In this document: in pieces, positions 24,325 through 39,400 of the stretch
How positions within the stretch are numbered: position 1 is the stretch's first letter
Layout: each line of letters starts with the position of its first letter
Assembly: GCA_016748015.1 (NCBI GenBank)
Contig: JAAOMT010000096.1
Coordinates: 195,955 to 259,954, forward strand
DNA length: 64,000 nucleotides
From: Geosiphon pyriformis uo1
Taxonomy: Eukaryota > Fungi > Glomeromycota
Direction of reading: 5' to 3'
Notes under the pieces: model-generated
The model's input: only the letters and a program-made list of their open reading frames with translations
What the model was told of the DNA's origin: nothing
The model's database searches: none
Program-made: the position numbers and the translations under genes

Positions 24325-25726
24325 AAAACTATTGTAAATTTATATAACACAATAAAATAATATTACAAAATAATTTAACTTAACATATTTATATTGTAAA
24401 ATAAGATTTTATTAAAATTAATTAACAAAATAAATAAATTCAAAAATAAACAAGATATAAAAGATAATTATTAATGTTAATCAGAATTAAAGAATTTTTG
24501 TTAATAATAATAAAGTTATATATATATAATAATAAATGAATTATAATATAAAATAAAAATTTTGTTATTTATAACATAAATAAAAAGATATATATAATAA
24601 TGTAATTAAAAGTAATTAAGAATAATTAATCAAAATTATAATAACTGAAAGAATAATTACTTGAAAATATTACTAATTATAATAAAATAAAAAATCTTGA
24701 TAATCAATTTTGATAACCAATCTTATAAAAGAGAATCAAAGATTTAAAATATATCAAATAAATATAAGGTAAAACAATAAATATTACAATATTTGATTGT
24801 ATATAATTTTGAATCAAATAAAAGACAAATTTCTTCAGGCTTTTTTAAATTAATCATAATTTTTTTGCCATTGAACTAAATTTAAATTTGATATTTATTC
24901 CAAATTTCTCTATCAGAGTAATAAACAGTAGCGAATCAAAATTAGGCTTTCCACAAACAGACTAGAGATTTCATTTTGCCAATATCAGCTAGTTTTTACT
25001 ATTAAATACGACATATTTCGTCATATAACTCTTTTGAACAAAACCTCAGCCGAACCGATTATTTGTTTCTTTGGTATTCGTGAGTTTTCCAAATTCATCT
25101 TTTTTTTCCAAATGTTTACATTATTAAAAAAAAAAAGTTTCATATTACCTAAAACGAAAGATAATAATCTTTTAATTGTTGTATTTATTTAATGAATAAT
25201 AATAATAATGAAAAATAAACAAAGACTTTGCGCCACCATTTTATAGGAACTCATATAATAAACACCTATTGATAAATCTAAATTTGATAATTAAGTAAAA
25301 AGTTATCACATAATATAAATATCTTATATGTATCTGGAAACCTTTTTATCAACATGTGAAAAGGGCATTGTTATTATCGTTTACTGTGACTTCATTATTA
25401 ATATTTACTCCCGACGAAACTTATCTAATGATTATTACTTCACATATCTTGGCAAGATTTTGATCTCTCACGCTCGGTTTTAAGACAAAATTCCAAAATT
25501 CATGTGAGCTTCCCGATAGAGTTTCATTGACATTGCTTTAAGAAAGAAATGGTTGGAATTTGATCAGTTTACTCCGTTGATAAAATTTGATTTGACTTCC
25601 GACAATGTGATTATGTTTAACGTGAAGGGTGAATGATTTGTGAATGATGAGAAGTACATGTAGAATATCAGAGCCCAGTAAAAATTTTTTATGAAAGTGA
25701 CTGAAATCAGTAAAATATCCACTTGG

Positions 25727-25728
<2 letters not shown>

Positions 25729-25773
<45 letters not shown>
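25729..25773. repeat. (ATT)n microsatellite
   Basis: Directly visible. Confidence 0.9.
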
Positions 25774-26259
25774 GATAAATTAGTTTTCAACATATCATTG
25801 AAAGGATAATTCAAAGATTCATGTCAAATTTTTAATGATGATCGAGAAAAATGATAATACTTCAAAATGTCAATATTCTATGCTAATATATATTATTCAA
25901 TCTTCTTTTAAAAAGTCAAATTCACTAAAACATAATCTTTTTGGATATTAAAAATAATAATAATTTAATGTTTTTATAAATAAAAGATTTAGAATTTAAT
26001 TGCTCTGACGGAGTTTTTATTTTACTAAACAGTCATCATCAGAGGGAAACATATTAAAAAGATCGAGTAAAAATTATAATTGTAAGAGGAGTTGATGTAA
26101 TCATTCCAAGAAACTGCCCACTAAGATATATTTTGATTAATTATGTGTTTAAACAATAATGATGTAATGTTTCTGAGCCTAATTGTGCTTGCGCAAAAAT
26201 CTTTAAATACCTTAAGTCGAAGTTTGTAAATTTTCTCAAGAATTCGGTTTTCTATCGTC

Positions 26260-29200
26260 ATGCATCTCCCGCTTGACACTAAGAAAAAAGCTGGTGAATA
26301 CCTGAAAATTCAGATTCGCCCCATGAATTTTACAATATAGACAACTGCTCATCACATTCTTTTTTTTTTGTCGAAAAAGAGGAACCTACCTCGGTTTTGG
26401 AATCGATTTTTTTTTCCACTGAAGAAAAAAATGAAGCTGAAATACAATCAAGTTTACACATAGCCACAAATACAGCTGTTACTTCTTCCCACCCGTCTTC
26501 ACCCGACAAAACTCTTCTTAATGAAGAAGATTTGACCAAAGGTATGATAAAATATATAATTACTATTTCTACAATCACAGCGTAGGATACAACTTTTGAC
26601 AAAAGTGTTTCATAAAGACCAGAAACCTGTCGATATTGACTCTTCATCTGAAGAAGATGAAGGAGTTGTCACAGATGAGATGGATATCGACCCTCTTGAA
26701 CAAAAAAATCATCAAATTAATGGCGAGAGCGCTAGCAGTCGTGATTTCTGTGAATCAATTCCCGGGCTTTATCGTCTACTAGACCTTTGCAAAGACGAAG
26801 GGTCAAATGGTCTTGGTATGTGATTGCTTTCTGAGATTCTTCATTATTAAGCTTGGATTTATATTGACTGTTAATTTACTCTTAAATGTCCATAATTTCT
26901 AGTTGATAAAATTATTATTTCTCAAGAGTTTGTAAAGAAGCTTTGTAACGAGATCGTACCAAACAGTTTCAAATCAATTTCAAAAGTCAATTATAAAAAG
27001 CTAAATTCCAAGGCGATTTCCCTTGTTGGAGTTTATGGTCGGAACGAAATGATTGCAAACTTTCTTTTGCACCAAAACATAATTAACCATTCAATGTAAA
27101 TTTCGGGTTTTCCCAGTCAAGTTTTTTCTTGATTTAATGGGATGAACTTTTTACGCTCATAATTCCTTCAATCTTCTATTCTTAGTCATGGATCGCTCCT
27201 TAACAAAACTTCCCAAACAATAAATCAAGGGGGATCTGATGAGGAGCTCGATACCCTGCGACCTGGAATCTATCTTTTACGTAACCCTCTCAGATCCAAT
27301 GCTTTCAATCCTGCTAAACTTCAATTTTTAGTCATACATTGGAGCGAAGAAGGTTGTTATGAAGATTTGGCATCTTCTCATCGAAAGAAAAACTTGACCA
27401 ATATGCATCGGTATGCTTTGTCAAAGTTCATGGGATTCTCTTTAATTTCAGCTTAACTAATATCTAAAGCTAATGTATTTTTATTATCAAAAGTTATCTT
27501 ACCAAACTGACGGAACATCAAATTTGTTTAATGAATGAAAGAGATTTGGAAAATATTAATTGGCAGGTTTTCGGCAAGGAATTTGACGACGATGAAAAGG
27601 AGTCTGATGAGGAAGATCAAAGTGACGATGATATCTGCTATGATTTTGAGGTTACAAAGAGACAAGAACAAAAAGAAGATTTTGAGCTTTTCCCGGGATT
27701 TGAGGTGTTTAATTTTTCTTTTTTTCTATCCTAAAGAAACTCAGGTCCCCTAATAGATTTAACTCATTCCAAAATTGATTCCTCGCCTTTTGAAATATAC
27801 AAACCTTTATTAGATGCAATTACCGAAAAATATGACTCGTGAACATATTCATCAGAACGAGCAATCTGGAAACCTGGGTCTGGATTCTCTTATCGTTGAA
27901 TCTGTTACCAATCAAACCTTTTTAACGCGAGAGATTGTCCCAGCAACCAAAGTAACCGAAAAAGGACCCATACATTTTGACTCGGAAATCAAATTTCGCG
28001 AATACTTCGAGAGTAAACTTGAAAAGCAAAAATGCGCCCTTTTTCTAAGTCGTCAACTAAAAATGCGAGAATTGGAAATAATCGTCAAGGATGGATTGAA
28101 TCTGCATGATCTTTTCACACCTTTAGAGGATGAATTGAAAGTTTTGGAGAAGGAAAAAAATAAGGCCAAGATAAAGCAAAGAGAAGATCTAAAACAAGAT
28201 GCAAAACTTGTTGAAAAGATGGGATGGGTGCTTTTAAAAGTTCCCTATGGGTAAGATATTGGAAATTCCTTGAGTTAAACTCCGTATCAAAAACTAAAAA
28301 GAACTGTTTTCACAGTGGCTTCGAATCACTCTTGCAAAAGGATATGGAAAAGATGCCCGAATCTGGTATATTCAATTTTCTTAGCTTGTTAAACCTTTTC
28401 TTTGATCTGATTAAAAGACAAAAATCTTTAAAATCAAAACATTCCGAAACCTCAATAAAGGTATAAAGCATGGCCAAAATGAAGGACGAACTGAGTCACC
28501 AAACCTATCATCTGGTTCGAGCAAAGGAGAAATTCAAACTGAGGTTGCGGCAGAAGATTTAAATCATGAAGCTAGTAAGAAAACCAAACTTTGGAACTTT
28601 TTCTAAATGAAACGATATTTTCTAATTTTAAAAACATTTTCTTATCTCTAAAATTTCAACTTAGTGGCTGAATATATAAAAAAAAATTACTCGGATATTC
28701 TGCCAAAACTTGGAGCAGCTATTTCTAATATCAACTATGAACCATGGTCTGAGATAAAATGCCGCTTAATCTTTGCAAGGGAATGTGTTGAGTGGTACTC
28801 GAAGAATTGGGAAAACTCAGCCGATGAGCCAGCTCCAACTGTATCACAAATATTTTTCGATAAAGAAAGGAGCATGTTCAATTTAGTAAAAAAATATATC
28901 AAACAATCTGAGGAAGGTGTAACAAAAAGGTTTTTTAACTTTCTCACCGGAACTAAAGCGCTATATGTAGGAGATATTTTGGACAGTGTAAAGAAAGAGG
29001 TCAAAAACCTTGGAGATGTTGACTTTGTACGTCAAAAATTGAGCCAGGAAGATGAACTTATTGTGGATGCATTTTTTGATGAATATAAGCGTTGGCGAAA
29101 ACATATTTTTCCAAATAACTTGAAAAATGTCATCCAAACAATCGATACAAGTTCAAACCTTTCCAAGCTTGATAGAAAGATTGAGACTGAATTTCAACAA

Positions 29201-32200
29201 AAGGAACAAGCCTTGTCAAAACGACATTTCGAAAGGATTTGTACTGAGGTCGAACTCAAATATCCCATCGGAGAAAAGCTAGTTATTTTAAACGTGGAAG
29301 GTAATAGTAAAATAATTTTACATATTTTTTGTTCTTTTCGAAAAATTTTAACCTCTGAATTCATTCCTCATTTACAAATATAGCAAATTCACCATACTCA
29401 TACCGTCGTCATTTTAAGATGCTTCGTGAATTCGAAGTTGTTCGGCCTGCTTTGCTTCGCTTCACAATTTATACGACTCAATTGAGTGCAGAGGATAATA
29501 TGCAACTCGATAAAGATCATTACTTTATACCACAACCGCGCTTGCATTCTTTTGGAAGAAATTTGGAAACTTCATTTGAGCTTGATCCCGAGACATATGA
29601 ACTGAGGTTGCTTTGGCTTGAATTTTGTTTTCAAAGTTTTATCACCAACTCACTTGATTATTTTTTTAGACACATAGCACAATTAGAAAATAAAAAATTC
29701 CTGGTATTTCTTTGGCATAAATCGACTCAGAGGCTTGAGATTTACTTTGATACAATTCAACGGCTGCATAAGGCTATTCATGATCAATCTTCATTGAAAA
29801 ACCTCTATACAGGTGAACACTTCCTTTTAGCGGTTAATGAACCTAAAGGTTTAATAGCCATATATAACACCGAAAGGGCTGTGGTATGCATAGGTCACTT
29901 TTGAGTCATCTGTAGCAATTATTATCCGTATGAAATTAACCCGTTATCTAATTGTTTTCTAAGCTCAATACTTATGGCTTTGAGCAAGAGCAATCGAGTC
30001 TCTATTTGCATTATCGCAATATACAACTGTTGCATTGGTATAATGATGCGATTCCCGAAATATCACATTTTTTCTTCATTAAAAACACCGAGGATATTTG
30101 CTTTGTAGAGAAGGATGGTAGAGCCAAAATTTATAACTTGGTAAATGACAATTTCCGACCTGGAATTTCTCAGTTTCCGGCAAACTCCAAGAAAGTCATG
30201 AGCACCCCTGATGGCACGTGTATCGTCGCTTTTGTAAAAGAGCGAATGAACATATCTTCTGGGACCCATCCAGAAGAAATCGAGGATCAAAATATGCCAG
30301 ACGAATGTGACTCGTCAACAGATACAGATTCTGAGGATGAACCGATAGCTAATGGTTTGGAGGAAGAGCCTCATGTCATAGGAAAAGAAGTAGATAATTA
30401 TATCGCCAAGGGGTATATATACTTTTGCGAGAACTTTACACGGGATGCTTGTAAAATCGTTGACATCCCATTAGCACACTCCTCGATTGAAATTTTCGAG
30501 TTTTCCATGTTTGATAAACGACAAATCCATCTTACAACAATCGATCATGAAAAGGGTATTTTCCATTCAGCCATGGTTAAAATGACCCACGCAAAAACTC
30601 AATACAGGTTTGAGCGCGAGTCACGCAACAAATCTTTGGGTCAAATCAAATTAGAAGGCCGACGACCCTTTACCATTCATGGCAAAGGCACAAAATTCAT
30701 GCGTGATATTCGCATCGGGGACTATCTGGTTTTGGGCCAGGAAAAACGACAAGTAGCTGAGATTTTGTCAGACACACTCCTTAAAATATCCCCTCAGTCT
30801 CCTCAATTTGTCAAATTTGAATATGGCGTATGGAAAGATTTCGGCATTGAACAAAGGAATACAATTAATGGACTGATCGATGTTTATTCCATGGTATTCA
30901 CAAAATATGCCATCAACAGCCCAATTGGTCGTGTAGATCAGCCTTTGACGCTGACTATTGTACTAGACATTTCCCCGAATAATCCTTTGAATTTGAAAGA
31001 ATGCAACAAAAGATTCCGAAAATATGTTGACCAAATGTTTTTGAAGTTTAAAAAAGACACGAAAAAACCAACCGGCCATTTGAAACATTTTAATACTAAC
31101 TTCACGACTTTCCAAGCATTTGATAATTTCGAGGTACATGCTAACACGTACCAACTCGGCGAGTAGGTTTCCCGATTGTTTTCTTTGTTCACTGCCATCA
31201 TTTTTTTGCTTTCAGTGTTGGTCAAACTTCAAAAATCTTCATTGAATATGTACAACAGATGGATGGTCGATTTCTTTTGCTTGATTCCTCTTCAGATCGC
31301 TGTTGCCCGAGATAATGAATTCGTTCCATTGCAAGATGGTCTATTTCTTCCTGAAATCGCCAACAATTCATTAGATGATGGATATGGATTCATTGGCAGC
31401 GTCAGCAAGGCTATTTCTTTTGGTTGGTACGAGGCCATATTCGAACATTATGCTAATCTAGAAGTGAAAGTTGTTTCATCAATGGGGGAGCAATCATGTG
31501 GTAAGTTTTATTATACGCCGTGAAAATTTCTATTGAAAATATCGTCTAATGTTTTATTTTTGAAATCGAAAAGGGAAAAGCTATTTATTAAATCATTGTG
31601 TCGGTTCAACCTTTGATGGATCTGCAATGGTTTGTTTAGAGTGGTATATCAACTTTGAAATTTAAAAATGGTATTAAATTTGCTTCAAATCAATTCTCCA
31701 ATTAGCGTTGTACTGAAGGCGTTTGGATGTCTTTGGGTGAGTATTAGTCAATCTATGTTCAAAGTCTTTTCTACTCGTAAAAACTTAGTCGTAATATAAC
31801 GATAATTATGCTTCTCGACACTAGTCAAAACCGACGACGTTCTTTATGTAGCGCTTGATTTTGAAGGTAGGTAGATTTCTGAATTTCGCACCTTGAATTA
31901 ATAGCTTTCAAATTCATGAAAATCATTTACAATTCCAGGACTTGCCAGTATCGAAAGAACGCCTCAAGAAGAAACCTTTTTACAACTCTTGAATGCTGCA
32001 CTTTCTAACCTTGTTTTGTTCAAAAGTCAATTCGCCGTGAGTCGCGATATCTCAACAATGTTTCAACGCTTTCAGGACGGGACGAATTATTTTGGTGATG
32101 ATCCAGACATTTTCCAGGTGATGAATATTTAACTAGTATAAATTTATTTTCCTTTTGAGATGGATTTAATCCTCATGGTTTGCATCTTCAAAATAAATTT

Positions 32201-35200
32201 CAATGAATAGGCAAGGTTTTGTATTATTATTAAAGATGTAGCACGGTCAGATCGAGAAGATATTGTATCCGAGTTTCAGTCAAAGTTTTCGAAAATCGTT
32301 GACAAGGTTCGTCAAAGTGTTGAACTTTCTCTTTCAAAATATGAACGAATTAAAATGACATTTATTCGAATAATACAGGAAGAAGAAGATAATTTCATCA
32401 CGAAACTATATCGCAATAAAATGAGCATTGTTCCATGGCCAGTTTTCAATGAGGCTTCTTTTTACACAACTTTTAAGCAATTGAAGGTTAAATTGGATGG
32501 ACAAAATTCAAAGTATAAAAATGCACGAATCTTTGTAGAAAAAATTAAGGTAAATTTCACTATGGTAATTTGTTCTCTTAAAAGCATTGCTATAATTGAC
32601 TATGCTCTGTCTTTAATAATAACTCTCCCTTACAAGGTTCTGATGACAAAGCTCAAGTTCAGTAAAATTTTTGTACTTTGCTCATGCATTTTTTGATTTT
32701 TCTTTAATTTAATTGGTTATATTTCTTTTGAATTCAGAGTCTGCGATTGGGGCAGCGTCCAAGGAACATTATTAACGATGCGCACTTTAGAATTGAAGAA
32801 ATTTTTGAAGGATGCAATATCATGTGGCTTTGAACAGAAGGAAGATGCTCTACATGTTGAGCTGGATTTATTTGAAAATCATTCTGCACTGAATATCAAA
32901 CATCTTATGGTAATCTTTTAATATAGCTTTATGAATTAGCTGTTTAGCTTTAAAAACTGGTAAAGCGTTATTGAATTCTTAGAGCCGTGATGATGGTCAA
33001 TTAATTCCTGACCCAGAAGTTTCGCTCGCTGAAATATTTGATGAAATTGAGAATGAATCAACAAAACTAATGCCCGATGCTGGCCTTGTTTTACTGAAAG
33101 ATGAGTCAACGCTTACGGACCTTTCCTCAGGTTAGTAATATATTTCCCAAATCAAATAACTATCCATAGGAATTCTAATTTTTATCTTCTTGTAGACCTG
33201 AGAAGCTTTTTTGAGGAAAAAGTACAACCACGTTGCACGATTCCTGATTCTCAATGGATAGAGAAACTCGAAAATTTTGTCAAATTTATAATTCAAAGAC
33301 GTATCAAACGTGTACAGCAATGGTTTGCACGAAATACTAATCGTTTCGAAAAGGAACAGAATGAAATTGTTATTACAAACTATGCACTCGAGCAAGAAAT
33401 CAGCAGACTAAGTTTATTCTGGAATTTTTGTCGTCTTCGATGTAATGATTGTGGGCTTTTATGTATGAAAGCGAGTCGTCACAGTGACAACGAGCAAGAT
33501 ATGACTCATGACTGTTTGACCGATCATAAATGTCATTCAGAATGTCAATTCAGCGAAGCTCATTTAGATCAGACTATACCAAAATGTAATCAATTCGCAG
33601 GTCACGAGGGTCGTCATGCTTGTGAACAAAGTCATGCCTGTGGTGCTCGTTGCGTTTATGATGGGAAAAGAAATTGCCAGTCAAGATGTACTAAAGATGT
33701 TGGCCATGAGTCAACTAGCGGAAATGAAGTTCATTTATGTGAAGCTACACGTCATTATTGTGGATCTCCGTGTTCATTGAAGGCCAACACACAGAAGGGG
33801 GAATATGAATGTCATAATACTTGTATTGTAAGTTTCTATTTCAGGTTTTTCCTTCAAAGTTCTTAAAAGCTTATTACATTTATTTCTTCTAAACTTAATT
33901 TATCAAACAGATTCCATGTGAGGAAGTGCATTCAGTACATAAATGTGAAAACGAAGTTTGCCCTATTGAATGTCCAATAAGCAATTGCCATCGGCGCTGC
34001 GAAAGCAAAGACCATTTCCATGACTCAGAGGGAGGCATTAACCATTTTTGCGGGTAAATAAAAATGGTTCTAAATGACCAATAAAAATTACCAATTTGGA
34101 GATCTTATTTTTTTCCCAACTTTATAATAATTTAGTGGAGAGCATCAATGTGTCCAAAAGTGCGAAGCAAACGGGATCTGCAAGATTATCACTGAGCCAA
34201 CAGCCATTGTAAAAGAGGAAGCTGAATATGTCAACAAATTTGGGAGTTTCATGTTTACTAAAGTAAAAGTTTTTAGTTTGAATTTAATGAAAAATCTGAT
34301 ATAAGCCCCAGCTAATTAAATTACCGCTTGGAAAATATTTAGTATTCCCAAAACGATGAAAGACTTCCATGCTGCATTAAAATTCCTCCCTACAAATTCA
34401 AGCATGATGGAAAACATGTACATGAAGAAAAGAAAGAACATAAATGTTCTCTAGATTGTCCGGCTGATATGGGGCTCCACATAAAGGAGGAGGAGAAAAA
34501 ACAATACAATTTTCATTTTTGCAATGTAAAATGCCCGAATTGCGGTTATTATGTAAGGTTTTATTTTAAAGTGATGAATTTGCTATTCTGTCATGATTTT
34601 TTGAACATTTTTAATCATTTTAAATTTACTTTAGTGTACATTACCATATAATCATGGCCTAGATTGCAACAAGGAACATAGTAAAGAAAACTTTCCATTT
34701 TTAAATTTTTAAAATTTCCACAATTCAGTTTATAATTTAATGAAACATGGAATTTCTTAATCAGCTACTGTACACGGAAATATGTATTTGACAACTTTTA
34801 CGTGTGAAGAAGAGGAGTTCGAGTTTGAAGGTAAATAATCAATTTTGATCAGTCTTCGAGTTAGAAAGACCTTATTCATTTTCTAAAATCTACTATTCAC
34901 CATTTTAGGACATCGGTTGACTGTGGGAGATCGTGGTGATTTTGTTCTCTGTCATAAAGTGAGTATTAAAGCAACTTTTGTTTCTTAATCATAAGTTTAT
35001 CTAGCAAGTAATCAAATTGAATTTTTCTGTAGCTTTGTGAAAACATAGGCAGGCATCGTCATATCGATTACTGCAAAGATCCTGATGTTTGCAAAACCCA
35101 CGGTGGATTGAAAAAGGAAGGAATCCTTGAACACATCAATGGTAAGAAAATACTATGGAGCTTTTAAAATTTTCATACCCAGAGTGAAATTAATGAATTT

Positions 35201-36464
35201 TTATGAAAATAGCCAGTATCAGCCCAAACCCTAATCGACAGAAAGATTATATTTCCCACAAAGTCTATTGGGAGCGAACTAACTTCCAAGGTAAGTTTTT
35301 GCTTATTCCATGAATTGTTGCTCTACTTAATACAAACTTAATAGAGAACATGTAACATTGCTTTAAGACCCATACTCTAAAGATGATCGAGATATTTTCA
35401 AAAAATGCGATCATGAATGCAAAGATGAGAAACATCATAAGACTGACGCCGTTACCGGAAGAGATCCTGTCAGATCATTTTGCACTCAAGATATCTTCCA
35501 TGCAAACCTAGATCATACAAAGGCTCCTCCTGGAAATACTGGATATGTTACAGTAGACGGTCATCATTTTGCCTGTGATAATCCGATAACAAATATTGGA
35601 GACTTTCATATTATATTTGTGGTTGATAGAAGCGGCTCAATGGGTGGCACGGATTGTCAACCTCGTTGTAGCAGTACCAAAACGAGTGCACTCATGCTTT
35701 CTCATAAGAATCGGCTCGGAGCTGTATATGAAGCTTGTTATTCATTTATTGAGACGCGTAAAAATTCTCGTAAAAATATAAGTGCTGGCCAATCAGCCAT
35801 TGATCGTGACACAGTATCTCTTGTACTCTTTGATAGCGGGGCAATAATACCATTTCAGAATCAAAGTCTCTCGAACTCTGACGAACTTTTGCGAATTATG
35901 AGGCAATATCACCCATCGGGTGGAACCTCTTATCAAGCAGGAATACTGAAAGTTGCTGATATAATTAATCAAGATCATGACCCCACAAGGTAAATTCAGT
36001 CTTGATCTTACGATTCTTTTCATAGTTTGGATTTATTAAAAAAGCAAAAAATTTTCTCCAGGACAAATATCGTTCTTTTTTTATCTGATGGTGAAAGCTG
36101 GGGGAGTTCTCATGATCAAGAATTGAGAAATTTATGTAATCGGGAGGCGAGCCGAGGGTAATTTTACAATGATGCTGAGTTATGACTGTATTCAATCGTT
36201 CATGCTAAAAGGAATATTTCATTTGCATCTCTTTAAAGCTCCCCATTGTTCTTGTATACGGTTTTGTTTGCGGCCGATGGACATAGCGGTCAATCACTCA
36301 AGACCATGGTTAATATTGCGAATCAATATCATCCAACAAGCAACGTAAAAGACGGTCTCAAATGTCAGTATGCGTTGGCAGTAGACGAAATCAAGCTCGC
36401 TATGCATTTTGCACATGTTGCCGAAAGTTTACGCAAACATCAACCTATGTTATTCAAGAAATGA
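26260..36464 (+). CDS. Giant multi-exon GBP/RHD3/VLIG-type GTPase + Cys/His-rich region + C-terminal vWA protein, copy B (complete; about 35 exons, about 2,500 aa by manual splicing)
   Basis: Proposed start ATG at 26260 (MHLPLDTKKKA|E, spliced in frame to 26380); the start is less certain than the rest. N-terminal block GLYRLLDLCKDEGSNGL|VDKIIISQEF..LVGVYGRNE..LRPGIYLL..IHWSEEG..RYLTKL. P-loop GEQSC|GKS is split by intron 31501-31573. vWA motifs VDRSGSM, PSGGT, LSDGE. Stop TGA at 36462-36464. Confidence 0.9.
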
Positions 36465-39400
36465 AAGATGTCTGTAGAAAGTATTAGAAATCATAAATAA
36501 ATATGAACTTTCTTGATATGTTAATTCAAAGGTGTTTTTGTGCTATTTTACAGATTATTTGTGAAATCAAGTATAAAAAATTTATTTTGCAAAATTAGAT
36601 TTTGAAAATCAAAATCTTTGAAATGTAAAACAGCAATATCGATTTAATCAAACATATTCATCAATGGATTGATAATTTTTTGGTAGTTTTATAGCAAACC
36701 GATAATAATATATAGAGGAATGAACAAGAAATAAAATCAAGTAATAAATACAGTTTTTAATTTTAAAAATAGAGTAGATTTAAAGATGTAAGAATAGTTT
36801 TTGAATGTTATATAACCAATATATATTTATGCACAAGCCAAAAAAATCTTGGATTTGAATATGAATATTTTTTTATTCAAAAACTGTTATTTCAAAAAAG
36901 CAGCTCCATAAATCAAGTAGAAAAAAAAATTAAGTTTTAAAAATTGGGCATATAGACATTCCAATGTTTACTTATAAATAATCTATTTAATAGAAGTTAA
37001 ATTCATTTTATTTACAGTTCACTTATTTGATGTAATAAATATAATAATTATTTTATACATTTGTTTTAATTTTAAAATCATATTATAATTAATGAAAAGT
37101 AAAATCAACAATATATTACTAAATATTTAAAAAAATTTTTCTTTTTATTAATTTATAAATATTAAATTATATTTAGCAAAAAATAATAATCAATGAATAT
37201 TTTCATAATTTTAAATTGATATTAAAATTAAAATATTTTATGATTTTATTATTTAACTATTTTTAATTGTACCATTTTTGCAATATTATTTTTTTAAAAT
37301 ATTTTAGCATTTTATGTTGAAGTTTAAATATCAAAAAATTATTTATTTAACAAAAAAAAGTTAATAAAAAAATTAATAGTAAACTTATTTTCAACAAAAT
37401 AAATATTATAAAATAATATTGAGCAATATATATAAAAAATAATTTCAAGTTTAGAAATTTAAATAAAAAAAAAGTAATGCAAGAAATTAAAAAATCTAAA
37501 AATAATTTTTTTTTTAAAAATACAAAAAGTAACTAATTACATAGAAATAAATATTTATTATAGTAAATATTGGTGAACTATTCAGATTTATTTGCTCGAT
37601 TTATAATTAGTCCAATTAAAAATAGCTGCTTACATATTTCTAACTATTATGCTTGCTTATGAAATAATTGATTTACAAAAATTTAAATCGAAACTTAAAA
37701 ATGCATCCTATTAGCTATTTTTCATTGTAGCATTCACCATTTAACTCTGTTATTTTCATAAACACTGCAACGTTTAAGGAATTTTCTGCTAATATTTAAA
37801 GTAAAAACCTGTAAAATGCCAAGACTTCTGGAAAATAATTAGCATTTCAAACAGCTAACCTTTAAAAAATATTAAATGTGTAAGAGATCGTATAGTATTT
37901 AATGATAATGTCGAATTGACTGTCTTACTGCTGCACCCTTTGGTTTTTCAAATTTAACTGAGGGGACATTCGCATTGAAATTTTGAGTACCCCATTAATC
38001 ATAGACGTAAATTGTGTGACATCACATGAAACTTGAAGGCTAAACAATATTCCAGTCATCACATCTCTTGAGCACATGATAAAGTCAGCCCATTAATTTT
38101 TAAATTCAAGAAATGTAACTAGTGATCGCTATTTTCCTTATTTTTCATTTAAAGGTTTTAATATGTGAGCAAAACAGTGTCCTAGTTTCATGAAATCACT
38201 ACGCTGCGCATATACGAAATTACAATTTGTTTGCCACATATAGGTCAACGATCGATAAGAATTATTCGTTCTGCAAAAAAAGTTTCAGCATTAAAAATTT
38301 TCAAAAATTACTAGAGTTACAGATTGTTATCCTAATGCTTAAGTTCGAGAAATAATACTATTTATTTATACCACTAATATGTGACCAGCTACACAGAATA
38401 AAATTGCTTAAGGATTTATATGGTAAAGTTCAAATCTTTTTGAGAGTCACTAATCTAGGATTGGCACAAATCCCATATAATCCTATCATTTGCTGAATAA
38501 AATATTTTTTAAAGCAAAATTATTAAATATCTACTTTAAGAGATAAAATAACCTGCAAAATCTCGATTTTTAGGGAAATTAGTACGAAACAACGACTGAT
38601 TTTTACTGAAAGTTATTTTTTATAAGATTCAATCCAACGATATACAGCAAAAATAATTTATTTTTAACTTTCTAAACTATACTCTTTGGAATATAAAATT
38701 TTAGAAATTTAATTTCAATTTTAAATTAAGTAGTTTAAACAAAACACTTTAAAAAAATATACATCTAGTTTCTTTAAATCCCAATATAGCTAATCGTATT
38801 TCAAGAACAGAGTTCATGACGAAATCTGTGTGAAATGATTTTCATCAAAGTAAAAAGGTTTCATTTGCTGACAAATTATAATAGTCTAACCTTTGATAAG
38901 AAAAAACTTTTTAAGACAAATTAACTGAAACATTTTTATCGTTAATAAATAATCTATTATTAGATAAAATTCGATTTAAAAATCTAAATTTTATTTCCAT
39001 CTTAAGATCAAATACATCATTTTCTCAACTTTTGAATGAGCTTTTTATTCTTGGTAAAGGAATTTTTCTTCATTGAGAAAACCTTTTAAATATTTATTCT
39101 AGCTATGTACTGCTTAATATTGAAAACTCAATAAAAATCTCGGTAGTTTCTAGCAATAATATTTAGCTTCATATATTTGCAACAAAGTAAATATTCGCAA
39201 AAATATTTCCCCATCAGCAAAAGCTTTGATAATCGAAAAAATTATTTATACAAAAATGTTTTAAAGAATTATTATTCTATATGACCTAAATGGTTTGTAA
39301 GTCGAAGGTGTACAAACCTTTTTTTGGAAAATGCATTTTTGGGTATCTTAATTTTAAAGCGAATCACCGATAAGTATCGAAAAAAAAATTCCCCTTAAAA

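Noticed and set aside
25633-25709. ATGATGA..CTGA pair with a short flanking stem, resembling a C/D box snoRNA
   Set aside because: These boxes are short and frequent in AT-rich DNA, and no rRNA-complementary guide was recognised. It would need snoscan or Infernal.
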